DNA of 64,000 bases from Hamiltosporidium tvaerminnensis FI-OER-3-3 (taxonomy: Eukaryota; Fungi; Microsporidia): positions 310,001 through 374,000 of the forward strand of contig CM061250.1 of the NCBI GenBank assembly GCA_022605425.2, in the 5' to 3' direction. Below the pieces are notes generated by a model that worked only from the letters and a program-made list of their open reading frames with translations, did not search any database and was not told where the DNA came from. The position numbers and the translations under genes are program-made. This document shows positions 12,066 to 24,579 of the stretch, piece after piece (the first letter of the stretch is position 1; every line of letters starts with the position of its first letter).

Positions 12066-13352
12066 ATGGGCCAAAGACAATCGAAACCAATTATAAAATC
12101 TTCTTATGATATTCTTGAGGTAGATGAAAATGCTACTAGAGAAGAAATAAGAAAAAAATATGTTCAATTGTTACAAAAGAATCATCCAAACATGAATCCT
12201 ACTGGTTCAAATGAAAAGACTGTTGAAATAATACGTGCGTATAAAGAAATAATGAAAATTATTGAACAAAAAGAAGCTGAACCGCCAAAAATGGAAGAGT
12301 TGGAAATCTATACGGTAAATTATTTTAATACTCAAAGCAAAGATGATTTTTATATTAAAGTTAACAAATTATATTCAAGAATATACAACAAAGGACCTCA
12401 ATTCGGATTCGAAAACAGTCGAAACTTTTCTGGATTTTATGACTTCTTTAAAAAGTATAAAACGTGGAACAATAGTCAAAACGAAGATACAGAATTCCAA
12501 AAGAAGTATTCTTATAAAATACGAGAAATAACAAATATTATTTGTATGTTGGATCCAAGAATTAAAAAACCAACAAAAAAAGATACCAAAGTTGTAAATA
12601 GAAAAGAAGTGAATATTTTTATTGAAAAAGAATTCGAAGATGAAGAATATTTTGTTGAACCAAAAATACAAACAACTTTTTTATGTGATTTTTGTAGTAA
12701 AAAATACAAAAGTAAAAACCAACTTCTTAATCATTTTCGTAGTAAAAAACACCTTGAGGGTGTCAGTTATCACAATACAGAGCCTACTAAATTTATTGAT
12801 AGCCAAATATCTGAATTAATGAAAGAAATGGAAAATTCGAATCTAAAGAAATCAAAAGCAAAAAAAGATAAATTTAACTTTGAATTTACACAAGAAACCA
12901 AATCCTTTTCAAACGATGATCATGGAGAAATAAAGTCTGAAATATACGATACTGAATCTTTTGAATCATCTCTCAACAGAAACTCTAAACATATGAATAA
13001 GAAAGTAGAAGATTTGAAAATTATAAAAAACGAACCCAAAGTTTCAAATAATGATATCAAAGATTCGGGGACAGAAATAAGTGAAATGAATGACGAATCT
13101 AAGAATATAAAAAATGAAATTGAAAGCAAAGTGAATGAAGTCAGTAAAAAAATGAAAAAGATTGTAAGTGTGAAGACAAAAGTTAAAGGTAAAAACAAAG
13201 AAGTAAAAATTTTAAGAAAAATTAAAAAAAGTGAAAATGATCATATCGAGCAACCACAGTTTCTAGTTTGTAGAATTTGTAATATAATCTTTCCTTCTAG
13301 AAAAGATCTTCTTCAACATGTAACTAGTATTCATAACTCAAATAACAGTTAA
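12066..13352 (+). CDS. DnaJ-domain protein with two C2H2 zinc fingers (Jjj1/DNAJC21-like)
   Basis: N-terminal J-domain (YDILEVDENATREEIRKKY..HPN..AY), CDFCSKKYKSKNQLLNHFRSKKH and C-terminal CRICNIIFPSRKDLLQHVTSIH. CCC lies upstream of the ATG. Confidence 0.8.
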   Translation: MGQRQSKPIIKSSYDILEVDENATREEIRKKYVQLLQKNHPNMNPTGSNEKTVEIIRAYKEIMKIIEQKEAEPPKMEELEIYTVNYFNTQSKDDFYIKVNKLYSRIYNKGPQFGFENSRNFSGFYDFFKKYKTWNNSQNEDTEFQKKYSYKIREITNIICMLDPRIKKPTKKDTKVVNRKEVNIFIEKEFEDEEYFVEPKIQTTFLCDFCSKKYKSKNQLLNHFRSKKHLEGVSYHNTEPTKFIDSQISELMKEMENSNLKKSKAKKDKFNFEFTQETKSFSNDDHGEIKSEIYDTESFESSLNRNSKHMNKKVEDLKIIKNEPKVSNNDIKDSGTEISEMNDESKNIKNEIESKVNEVSKKMKKIVSVKTKVKGKNKEVKILRKIKKSENDHIEQPQFLVCRICNIIFPSRKDLLQHVTSIHNSNNS

Positions 13353-14454
13353 TTTTCAATATATTTGCCAAATGTTGACTGTTTCTAAATTTTTATCTTT
13401 TAAATAAAAAAATACAATTTCTGTATAAACACATGTATTATACCATTATATTTTATCTCAAACTACAAATTTACCAAATTTATACAATTTACAAAATAAA
13501 AAAAAGACTAATGACACATTATATACTTTGATATTATATCTTGGAATAAACATAATATAATTTTAAACAATTTTAAAAAAAACAATAAAGTGTTAAAATA
13601 CATTCATTCAAAATAAAAAATCGTTATGAATCAAATGATTTTAATAATTGGTAAAATCGAGGATTTAAAATCCAAAATTTAAAATTTTTTTATTTTACAA
13701 AAAAAATGTAAAAAATTTAAAAACTAAAATCTCTCTATCGAATTAAACAGATAAAAATATACACAGCTTGTCTTTCATAAAATAAATGGTCTATTAATAT
13801 ACCAGATAAACCCAGGCTATGAATGGTTAAAGGAAGTATCGGAACTAACCTAAAGTAATTCTGAGAATTAATTAAATTAAAAATCAGTTTGCATATATGG
13901 GGATTATAATATACGAGTCGATTTATTAATACTTATCTATAATTTGATTTATTGTGAGTACAAGATACAAGACATCATATATTTGAATCAATATTTTAAT
14001 GTTTACTATTTGATAAATATCCCATTTTTTTATAAAATGACATATGTTATATAATTTTATTGGAATTACGCTATATAGGTTTAACATAGATATTGTCTTT
14101 CCGGTGCTCTGTCGGTATCGCCGCGAAATAGTAACATCACAGAGATTTTTATCTAAAAGGGGTTCGAGGCTATTCAATGGGCTAGACAGTTGCACATGTT
14201 AGTTTATGTCATTACCTATTGCGTTATTGCGGATCAAAATGTACCTTAATCTATCGTAATTATAGGATCATCCCTACTCATTATACACTTTCAGAAACGA
14301 ATAAACCTTCATTTAAGCCATTATCTGATGAATTACATGAGATTCGACAAGATGTGAAATGGTATAACAACCGTATAACATGCTACAAGAATTTTCTGGC
14401 TTATAAAAGAGTTTTTTTTCTCTAACTGTAGGGTGGTATAACAGGACTTAAAAA

Positions 14455-14690
14455 GGCTAGGTTCTAATCTTTTGCATAGCAGTTACCAAAAATTTTAATT
14501 GTGATTTCTTTTATGTTATATTACAATCATAAACAAGTTTGCAGAAAAGGTTCATGGTTTTATAGACTTCCTCATTCGTATGAAATTTTAACAGAACAAT
14601 GAGTATGATGTGAATTAAAAAATCCTAACAACGAATTTCGTACTCATTTCCCTTACTCATTACCAAGCAAAATGGTTATTAATTCGGGCA
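14455..14690 (-). mobile_element. ~720-bp dispersed repeat, copy 4 (5' fragment only, diverged)
   Basis: ggctaggttc...gcatagcagttacc and actcattaccaagcaaa match the reverse complement of the first third of the family. Confidence 0.7.
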
Positions 14691-15639
14691 ATATTTTTTA
14701 GAATTATAAATAAAAAAACCTTTTCTTGTATCTTTTTTGGTTTTGAGTACTTAATACTTTATAATATAGATTTGCTACGTAACTTTCAAAATATTTACTA
14801 GCTTTTATTATCATTTTAGAAATTATTAAAACAAGATATTTTTGACTATTGATTAATTCATATTCATAAAGTGAATTACGATTCCGAAAGTTAAATATAC
14901 ATTGGAACTATTATTGTTTAAAATAAAAAATAAACATTGCAAGATATAAAACAAACTTAAAATATTGAATCCACCGGCGCTGTTTCCGTTAGTTTCACTT
15001 TATAAAATATTTTGTGATTAATATACTGGATTGTATATAAATTATACTATATGTCATATATTAATACACCAAATCAAATAATATAATTCTATGGTAATTT
15101 AATCTCTATATAGACGTAAACCAAATAAATTCAAAAGAGCTTGTGTCTGTATATCGACTGTAAGTTTTAAGAACATAAAATGGAGAGTCTTTGGGATAAG
15201 AGAATCTAGGTCTCAAAAAAATAACGAATAAAGAACAAAAATCAAATAGCAAAAAAAAACAAACCAATTTTTTAGTTTATTTCAAGTTTTAGTTTAAATT
15301 TAGAAGATTTTAAAGAATTTTTGAGTCATTTAGAGAATTTTTCACTTACAGTATACCACAATATTGAGTTATGAAATAAAAATTTTAAGATATAACCATT
15401 TGGTCTATGATTCAATTGATATACTGATATGTAAATAAAATCAATAAATCCAGGATTATCTAATGAGAATATTTTGAATATGGTATCGCTTTTTCAGATT
15501 CAATATTTTTCTAATGTATTTAAATAATAAATAAGAAATAATCTAATATCAATTGTATTCAGATATAGGAGATGTAAAATTCAAAACGTTAAATACCAGA
15601 CAGAAATACATCAAGCATTAAAAAAATACAGAAAAAAAT

Positions 15640-16302
15640 TACTTTTTTCTAAGTTCACAAGCAAAATGAGAAAAATCATTGTTTAGAGTTACATTAGAAT
15701 AATACAACACATTATTCATGTTGTTCTATGTAGATTTGTACAGGGAAAAGAAGATCTACAAAATCTTTAAACATGTTCTACAACTTAGCTTGTATTTTTT
15801 ATGTAACAAGATTCAAATCCTTAATTGAAGCCATAAGTGATTACTATTTGGAAGCATGAAAATTATGCCTCAGTTACGTGGGTTAAAGAACAACGCGCCT
15901 AGTAGAAACATAAAACATATCATTTTCAAATCCTAAAAGGCTAACAAGCAGTTAATGCCGATTTATACAGGGCAAACATCTAGTTAACCTCCAGGTAGGC
16001 CAGTTATCTGTTTTAGCTTCATGTTTATTTGGCTCAGAAAGCGTAGGGTAAGTAGGGATGTTGCTGGTCTTGAGATGTTTAAAGGGTATTTCGGCTCAGA
16101 CAACCACATTTTGGCCGAAGTACAAACGAACTATAAATAACTGCATCGTCTATCAAAAGCTCATCGAATTTAGGTATCGCAGAGAAGGCCTATTAAGTGT
16201 CTTGAAGCAATGATTTTTATCAAAACCTAGATCTTTTTCGTAAACATGAAAATATTAACAACATGCTACTCTTATAAGAGATTTGATACACATTCAATAA
16301 AA
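15640..16302 (+). mobile_element. ~720-bp dispersed repeat, copy 5 (highly diverged)
   Basis: Collinear blocks atcattgtttaga, gttgttctatg, ggctcagaaagcgtagggtaagtagggatgttgc, taggtatcgcag, catgaaaata and gatttgatac. Confidence 0.8.
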
Positions 16303-18069
16303 ATATACTTGGTCGAATTAATTTACATAGAGATCTTAATGACTCGGAATAAAAAAGATTTAGGTAACGTGCATTTCAATATGTAGAGAATCTCAAAATT
16401 ACCTTAACTTCTTATAAATGGTAGAATACATAAATTTTCGCCAGCATAATATATACAAATAATAATAAAAAGTTCAAATTACGATACAATATATTAAGAG
16501 TTGTTTATTACGATTTAATTTTCTATGATGCATGGCCTCAATGTAAATCAATAACCAAGCTAAGAATATTTTGAATCACTTTCTCAAAAAAAACTAAAAT
16601 TTCACATTTCCTTGCATTTATAATTAGATATTAAAATTTTAGATTTCAATTATTTGATTTTTAAAAGGGTATGACTCATTCCGGCCAATATTTACATTTG
16701 CAAAACCTCTACCCAGAATCATAAAAATTTAAATATACATAAAATTATATAGAAGGATTAACAAAATGAATTGTTTTTTTGTCTCTACAAGTTATTTTAT
16801 TGTAAATATTTGAAAAATATATTCATTAGGTCTTTCAAAAATACGATTTGAGCAAAGATTTTGGCAACAGAAATGTACAAAAAACTTGGTAAATAGAATA
16901 ATTATATTTATCTGTATAATTTTAAAAAAGAAGCAAAGGGTCTAGTCTTTTGCATGTTAAGCAAATGACCAGACTATTCGCTCCTGTTGAGGGTCTGTAT
17001 ACGCATTTAAATTTTTTTTCATTCTCCATCTTAATTATTGTGGTTTTAAAATTAATTTATGAAAAAATGCGTTCGAATAATTTATTGATATGAATTTGAA
17101 GTTTTTTAAAGGAATAAATTCGATTCCCATTAATTTTTAATGTATATTTTTCCGATAATGGAAGTATCATAATCAAAAATCTAAAATAAAAATTACCAAA
17201 TATAGTTTCGTTATTTTTTTATCATGATAAAAGTAGTTTACAGATTATAGAATTATAATTAAAAAAAATCTAATAAATAATTTTTCTCAATTAGTTCTTT
17301 TTAATTTAAAAAAATATTGGTATTTGACATTTTTTTTTCGTAATATTTTAAATTTTGAATCAAATTAAAATTTGTAAAAATTTTTGAGTAAATTTTTATT
17401 CATTAAATATCACATCTTTTTTAAAAAGTAACATGTTATAGTATTTTCATGGTATTTACCTTCGAATCAGAATAAAAATATAAATTTATAATGATTACGC
17501 TAAATATAGTTTCTATTATTACTATATTTTAATTTAATTTCTTTGGTATTTTAGATTGATGAAGTTTTTTAAATCAAAGATTAATAAAAGGTTTCTCTTT
17601 TAAACAATATTATTCATTAAGTCTTTTTACTTTCAAAATAAATATTTCTATTGTCAATATTAGCTAAACACAAAATTTAAAATTTAAAATCTAAATGATC
17701 TTATAAATCCGTCATACAAAAAATACCATTTAAAAGCAATCATTTAATTTATTTATTGATTTAAATTTGATCAGTATGTACGATATACACTGTAATAACG
17801 TTTAATTCCAAAGCAAAGATTTTTGAAAGATCTAAATTAGACTTATTATGTTTATAGTAGATTTATACCAAATCTGTTTATATGTTTTATAATACATGAT
17901 TTTATACATTTTTTAAACAATAAATTTTGTACCGATTTTTTCTATGAGGCGTTATAAACTTTTAATATATTTTTTTCTACATGTGGATTTAATAAAATTT
18001 AATTTTTATATTTTCATAATCTTGTAATACAATTTCACCAAAAAAAATTTATATAGATTTTACGAGAAA

Positions 18070-18765
18070 AACATCTGATATTTTTAAACAACAGTGGCAA
18101 GTGCTATTTTGTTTTCATGACATTAAAGCAGTTCCGGGCTTAAACTAAATAGCTGCTTTTTAACACACCATCGGTACGTTTACAAACCCATCCTAAAAAC
18201 TTTAATTTAAAAAATGCATAGAACCCAATTAATAGACCGGGAAGTGAGCCAGAGTTCGTTAATGTCTGTTGCGTTGAGGGTGATCGTTGGCCAAAACTCA
18301 CTTCTGACACCCCAAACTTATGTAACATTTCCACTTACTCTACACTTTCCGAACCCAATAAAATGTTGATTTGATAAATCTCGGAGATATAAGTGGAGTC
18401 TACCTAAACAACGTAATGTCATACAAACATATATAACCCGCTGCTTAACTTTCCTAACTTTAAAACTGATTATTTTTGTATCGTGCAGCAGCAAGTCTTC
18501 TACCCCAAGTGAGCAATGTTCAGATTCATTAGTTTTAAATGGCAATCGATACGACTTTAATAGATATCTCCAATCTAGCTCTCTCAAAAATTCAAAATAG
18601 ATTTGTAAAAAAAGTTTCTCACTCCGTAGACCTTATTCTCTTCATACAAACTCACTCCCATTACAAACCGAAAATTCGTTTAATTTTATTCCCTATTTTT
18701 AAACCAAACGTTGATTTTCACAGCTTATTGCTCAGCAGAAAGTTTTATAATAATTCCCCCCTCAT
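18070..18765 (-). mobile_element. ~720-bp dispersed repeat, copy 6 (diverged)
   Basis: gttttcatgacattaaagcagttc, gagttcgttaatgtc, ccacttactctacactttccgaacccaataa and aagtcttctaccccaagtgagcaa match copy 9. Confidence 0.9.
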
Positions 18766-19015
18766 TCCAAATAAAGTTTTAACCTTTTTTTTATAAAAAT
18801 ATAGAAATTGTTTTAGAAACCAACTCGGATTTTAAATCATAATGTTAAGGTTTAAATTTATTTTTCTATTTTCTATGAATGATAAAAAAAATGAATCATG
18901 TCCTATAAATATTGGTACATATATAATATTAAAAAAATCTTCACTTCAAAGTTTTTTTTTCTGATAAGAAGTAGATTCTATTATTTTTAAAAATTTACCA
19001 TAGTATTAGCCTATT

Positions 19016-19254
19016 TAGTCCCCATCATGTTTTGATCAGAATTCGTTTCGAGTATTCCTTGCTTGCCATAAGATGCGACTAAAAGGGACTGGTTCTTCGG
19101 GTTGGGCGTATGGCTAACAACTGCCCCTTTAAAACTCTCGTTATGAAGACCAAAAAAGTAAAAGAATTCACAGAAATGAGACCGGTAGGTGGCATCAATG
19201 AGAGAATCCAAGGCTTTTGTAGGGATGTAGTGCCGAGGGTGAATAAATGAATCA
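19016..19254 (+). mobile_element. ~240-bp bipartite non-autonomous RTE-derived retroelement (5' UTR fused to 3' end)
   Basis: The 5' part has agtattccttgcttgccataagatgcgactaaaaggga and ggttgggcgtatggctaacaac, resembling RTE-clade 5' leader motifs recalled from memory. The 3' part has ccaaggcttttgtagggatgtagtgccgagggtgaataaatgaat, an RTE-like 3' end with a (TGAA)-type tail. Flanks agcctatt / agcttatt are a candidate TSD. Confidence 0.65.
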
Positions 19255-20479
19255 GCTTATTGAATTTTATAGATTTAATTTTTTTTAAACTTTAATTTAT
19301 ATATAAAAGATGGATGTGCAGAAGGTTTAATACTTAGTACATTGAAACAAGTGCTCTTTATCATATAATTCAAAGATAAGATGGGTTTGAGTATAAACCT
19401 TCCTTTTTAGGTTGTTTTTTTCATATAATGAGAACACAATTCACGAATATTTTTAAGCGTAGCCATTTATGAAAAATTGTAAGGACTTTCTAATAAGGAA
19501 AGAATTGTTAACCTAACGCAAATCTCTTCTAAATTTTAAATATATAGTGTGTACTAACCGGAAATGGACTCGAGCTTTCAGATTAATTTTCGTTTCAGAC
19601 ATCTAACTCATAGACACATTTATTTGGCTACATAATAATCTAAACTATATTACCTGGTTTATTTCTACTTATTAAATGATAAATTGAAAAAAACTTCTTG
19701 TTGAACTTACTAATATCAAATTAGTACCCCTCTTATAAAATTCCCTTTTTAGCCGTATAGAAGCTTATAGTTGTTTAAAAATATGCCATTTCTTACACTT
19801 GATCAAATAAAGATATATAATTAGCCAAATAATAGGGCTTTTTAAGATACCAATATATACTATTTGTTGCTGACTGCAAGGTTTTTGTTTCATATATTTT
19901 TAGTGTAAATTTTAGATTTTTTTGAGGCCACTTCTTTGGAAGAAAGATTCTATTCTATTTGAACGGCATAGGATTATCGCACATAGGTACTATTTTCTTC
20001 ATAAATTTATCATGTTTTATAAACATATAAGTCGTATTTTCAAATGTGGCTCATAATTAATTAAAAAAACGTGTTTCATATTTGTTCTAATAATATTCAT
20101 ATTTAATCATACAATCTAAAGAAAATTTAAATATGGTTTGTGATTTGCAAATAAAATTGCACAGAATCCCTTAAAATAAAGAATTTCTAATTGTTACACG
20201 CCTAATATTAAACAAATAAGACATTTTATATTTTAAACCGCATTCTATAGCATTTAATAATTGTATTAAAGTTTGAATTTCAATAATTCGATATTCGGTT
20301 TTAAGATAAAATCTCATTATTAGAATCCAAAATTTATTTCTTACACTCATCCACATAAAAAGATCTTAATTGAAATACTAAGGCATGATTTGTATATTTC
20401 TCTCAATAATATTATCAAAGATTTAAGTTGCTTTGATAACTGTAGCATTTTTCCTATTTAAGATTATAAAACATGTCAT

Positions 20480-21050
20480 TTATAGATTATATAATCAATT
20501 ATGCAATCGAGTAATGTCATGAGACGAACGATGCATCTATAAATTTATAACTGGTTCGATAGATGTAAGGCATGAGTAATAGTATTTGATTAAGAAATGA
20601 TTTTCGCAATATTCATAAATCTTATAAAGCCAATAATAGTGTGCAGAAGTAGAAAACGAATTCTCTCAAACCATTAAAAAACCACAAAATCACATTCTGT
20701 ATATATAAAGTATTTTTACCATTTAGTAAATCAAAGGAATAGCATCAATAAATATATTTTTTATATCTTCCTGCATTTAATTTTCATTCTAAAAATATAT
20801 CAAATTTAATTCACTTTATTCAAAATTTTCTTAAGATATATTACAACTACACATACGGATTTAGACCAAAATCAATATTTTTAAATCCTTTGTCTGATTA
20901 ATTATTTATATCACCAAAATTTATATCATGGATTTCACACCTGATTAAATTATAAGATTTTGAATAAAAATTACCAGGTGTTATACAAAACATAAATTAG
21001 CCAACTCAGCATGTTGAAAACCAGATTTTTTCACACAAAGAAAAATCTAT
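20480..21050 (+). pseudogene. Decayed Merlin/ISXO2-like transposase relic
   Basis: Fragments IYNWFDRCK (~20543), VE(I)DES-like (~20650), TTTHTD (~20843; GTTIHTDxW-like) and TGV(H)TQNI-like (~20975), in the expected order but heavily disrupted. Confidence 0.4.
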
Positions 21051-22390
21051 CCATGAATAGATCTTATACAAATCCAAACAGATCTGATGAAGATAGATAA
21101 TGATCTTGAAGATTAAAAAATAAATAATTCTAAAACCCTATGAATATTAAAACCAAATAAATCAGAAGAGGGAAACATCCTAAGTATAAATTGAATCGTA
21201 TTAAGAAATTGCTTCCAAGCGATTAAAAATGCAGATATGAAAGACCAAGAAAATATAGTAGTTAACATATTATGAGAGGTTATAAAAGTCAAAACCATTA
21301 TGTTAAGAGATTATAGTTTGATTCAAGAAATCTAAGAAAACATTTGTTTTTTATTTTTTTCTTAAATGTAAATTATAGTTCTCCATCTTAGAACTTAACA
21401 ACTAGTAATTGATGGCTTAGCTAAATTTGAGCTTTTAAAGTAAATAATATCTCAAATTAATCTAATGAATATATTTAAATTACATCACAAGTGTGAAGTA
21501 TAATTATTAAACTCAATGATTTAAATTGAACTCAAATTTTAGTTTCTTTTAATTCTACAATATAAATAACTTATAAAATAAATAATCAGAAAATTGAATT
21601 GAAAGATTAATCTATATTAGTATTTTCTAAATAATTTTTATATTTTCGTATTTACTTCTTCTTCTGTATTACGAAAATCATAAAATATATTATTTAGCAA
21701 ATTTGCTTTATAATAAAGGATACTTGAAGATTTTAATCTTATAGTATAGTATCTCTATGTCTTGAGTCTTTTATAAAATATTTTATTTGTACCTGGAAAA
21801 CCAAAAAGTTTTTAAATTTTCATTATATTTTATTCTTTTATCGCGTTTCTATTAGAACCGAAAAGACCTAATATAACAGTAAATTGTACATATATTGATA
21901 ATTTAAACCAATCAAATACGTTTTTACTTGGAAAGTCGCAAGCTTAAAATACCGCCTTTTTAAATACCGATAGCTTCATAATTAGAAAAATATATATTTT
22001 TTAGATTAAAATTCTTTCAATTATTCAATTGATTCCTTGAAAAACTGTAATATCGACAGAATTATAATAATATTATTTATCTGTTATATAAAACTTACCT
22101 ATGAAATTACTTTATAATGCAGAAATACCGTTTAATCCAAAAATTCTTTCTTTAATTTCACAATTGATGTATAATATCATTAGCATCGTATATTTAATTA
22201 ATATCCATAAAATATCTCATTTAATCTAAAAATATAAATATAAAAATCAAGATATATGTAAATACGTCTTAAAAACGAGTAATAAAACACGAGATTTTTT
22301 TATAAGAATTAACATAACAATATTTTTTTTTATCAATTTTAAACTTTTTATATTATGTCGGTCCAAAAAACCAGATGTAATATTAAATCG

Positions 22391-22585
22391 CTTACTTTAT
22401 ACTTCAAATCCAAGTTTTAAACCATATGATTTAAATCATTAGTATTTTTAAAATGAACTTACTTTATACTTCAGATCCAGGTTTTAAACCGTATGATTTA
22501 GGTCATTAGTATTTTTATAAATATACCTTACTCTATACTTCAAATCCAAGTTTTAAACCGTATTATTTAGGTCATTAGTATTTAT
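22391..22585. repeat. Tandem repeat, ~68 bp x 3
   Basis: cttactttatacttcaaatccaagttttaaacc(a/g)tatgatttaggtcattagtattt repeated three times with few differences. Confidence 0.9.
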
Positions 22586-23688
22586 ATAAAATAAATGTTC
22601 ATTATTACATATAAGACAGCATATGATTATTTTAATTTTTCATTTATTCTTATCTGAATATCATTTAGAAATAAAAAATAAAATAAACATACAATTATAT
22701 TAATTATTCTTATTTTTCTCATTATTTAAATTTATATCCTTCAGTTGTAAAAAGCTTATTCTACTTTTAAATTTTTCCGATTTTTTGATTTTAAGTTTTA
22801 TAAAAACTTATTTTCTCAAGAAAAGATAGAGTAAAAAATATAAGAAGATTATTTAACTAAAAAACCAATAAAATAAATAAATTAAACTTTTTATATTTCT
22901 CCCAAAATAGAAATTTAAATATTAAACAAATCAAAAATTTTTCTTTTTTAAAAATAAAATAAAACAGAATTAAAATAAAATTAAAATAGAGTAAAGTATA
23001 AAACCACAATATTTATAATAAATACAAATAATAATAATATTTAACAATAAAATTATTTGAATAGGAACCAGGGTCTCTGACAATATCGTTTATAAAATAT
23101 TGTCTGGGGGTCGGTTCTTTTTTGTCTATTCAAGAAATATTTATTTTTTTGATACAAATAAATTTGTTTATGAATTATATAATGTATATGAAGGATATAT
23201 GATAATATACTCGTAGATTTTTTTAGTTTTAAAAAAAAATATTTCTTGAGTGTGTAAAGTATAAATATAGAAGTTTGATATCTCATTAAATGCTTGTTTG
23301 CATTTTTATCTATCTCAGATTGATAAATTTCATGTTTCACAAATATCTTAAATCAATTAATAATTATAAAAAAATGTTCTTTTTATTCCAAAATTCTCTA
23401 TTTTATACTTATAAAAAAGTAATGACATAAAAATAATCTAAAAAAATACGTGATTAATAAAACGATGTTATATTTATTGCATATAAAATTTATTATTTCT
23501 ATTAATCTCCAAAATAAAGGTCTGAAACCGAAAATAAATCATTAATATAATATAATGAATATTTTTAGACATTCTTCTATCTCTAATATAAAATCCAATT
23601 ATTTATTATAATCTTTAATACTTTATGTCTAAAAATTAATATCTCTAATTCTATCGTTAATATAAAATCTAGTTATTTTTTAATATTT

Positions 23689-24579
23689 CTAATATTTTAT
23701 ATATAAAAATTCATTTTTATACACAACGATACCATAAAAAATAAGTGAATTTATATGTTTAAGAAACGCCTCTTCACCATTTTCTTTACAATTTTCCTTA
23801 CAAATATATTTCTTTAAATCTTCTAATTTCATTTTATTTGTAGAAAGTAATTTATATATTTGTGTAGAAATATTTTTAGAAAAATAAAATTCAGAATTGT
23901 TTAGGCTTGTATGAATTGAATCGTATATTTTAGGATAAAAAGATATTTCGATGCCTAATTTCTTATCATTTAAATCGTTTATTTCCTTAATTACTTTGTA
24001 ATCTGTCTTTCCTTCTTTATTGATCTTTTTATTTAATTTTACTTCCTTCTTAAAATTTTCTTTATTCATTTTATTTAATTTTTTATTTATTTTTATTTCC
24101 ATTTCTTTATATTTCTCCATTCTCTTCTTTGTACTTACAGAAAATATATTATTATATTCTTTCTCCTCTTTCGTTCTATTATCTGTTTCTAAGTACACAA
24201 TATTCCTTCCTTCTCCAATCTTCTTACCAGCTTCCTTGCCAAACTCCTTATCAGTCTCATTAAAATATTTATAAATAAAATTAAAATATCTAAATTCATA
24301 AAAAACCTCACAAAAATACGTAAAATTAGAAACCTCAATAAATATTTTTTCATATAAATTATTACAAATTAAGATCTTAAAACAAGGAAGAGTAAATCTG
24401 CCATCAGTAAACTTTAAAATATAATTCATACAGTTTTTATTCTTTACAATACATTCCTTAGAATAGTCTCTATAATTTTCATTATAACTTTCTTTATATT
24501 TGTCTTTTATCACCTTACCATCTATTTCTACACTATTATATGGTATTATGTAAACACCTTTATCAACAAATAAATACAT
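23689..24579 (-). CDS. Hypothetical protein, 296 aa (possible C-terminal winged-helix)
   Basis: Uninterrupted ORF with CCC 10 nt upstream of the ATG. The C-terminus IYKLLSTNKMKLEDLKKY...HINSLIFYGIVVYKNEFLYI has a wHTH-like pattern. Confidence 0.7.
   Translation of the reverse strand: MYLFVDKGVYIIPYNSVEIDGKVIKDKYKESYNENYRDYSKECIVKNKNCMNYILKFTDGRFTLPCFKILICNNLYEKIFIEVSNFTYFCEVFYEFRYFNFIYKYFNETDKEFGKEAGKKIGEGRNIVYLETDNRTKEEKEYNNIFSVSTKKRMEKYKEMEIKINKKLNKMNKENFKKEVKLNKKINKEGKTDYKVIKEINDLNDKKLGIEISFYPKIYDSIHTSLNNSEFYFSKNISTQIYKLLSTNKMKLEDLKKYICKENCKENGEEAFLKHINSLIFYGIVVYKNEFLYIKY

Noticed and set aside
9331-13198. Short antisense or alternate-frame ORFs overlapping real genes (also 24020-24274, 39412-39732, 57293-59181)
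   Set aside because: Shadow ORFs of AT-rich coding sequence, with F/L/S/I-biased composition and no motifs.
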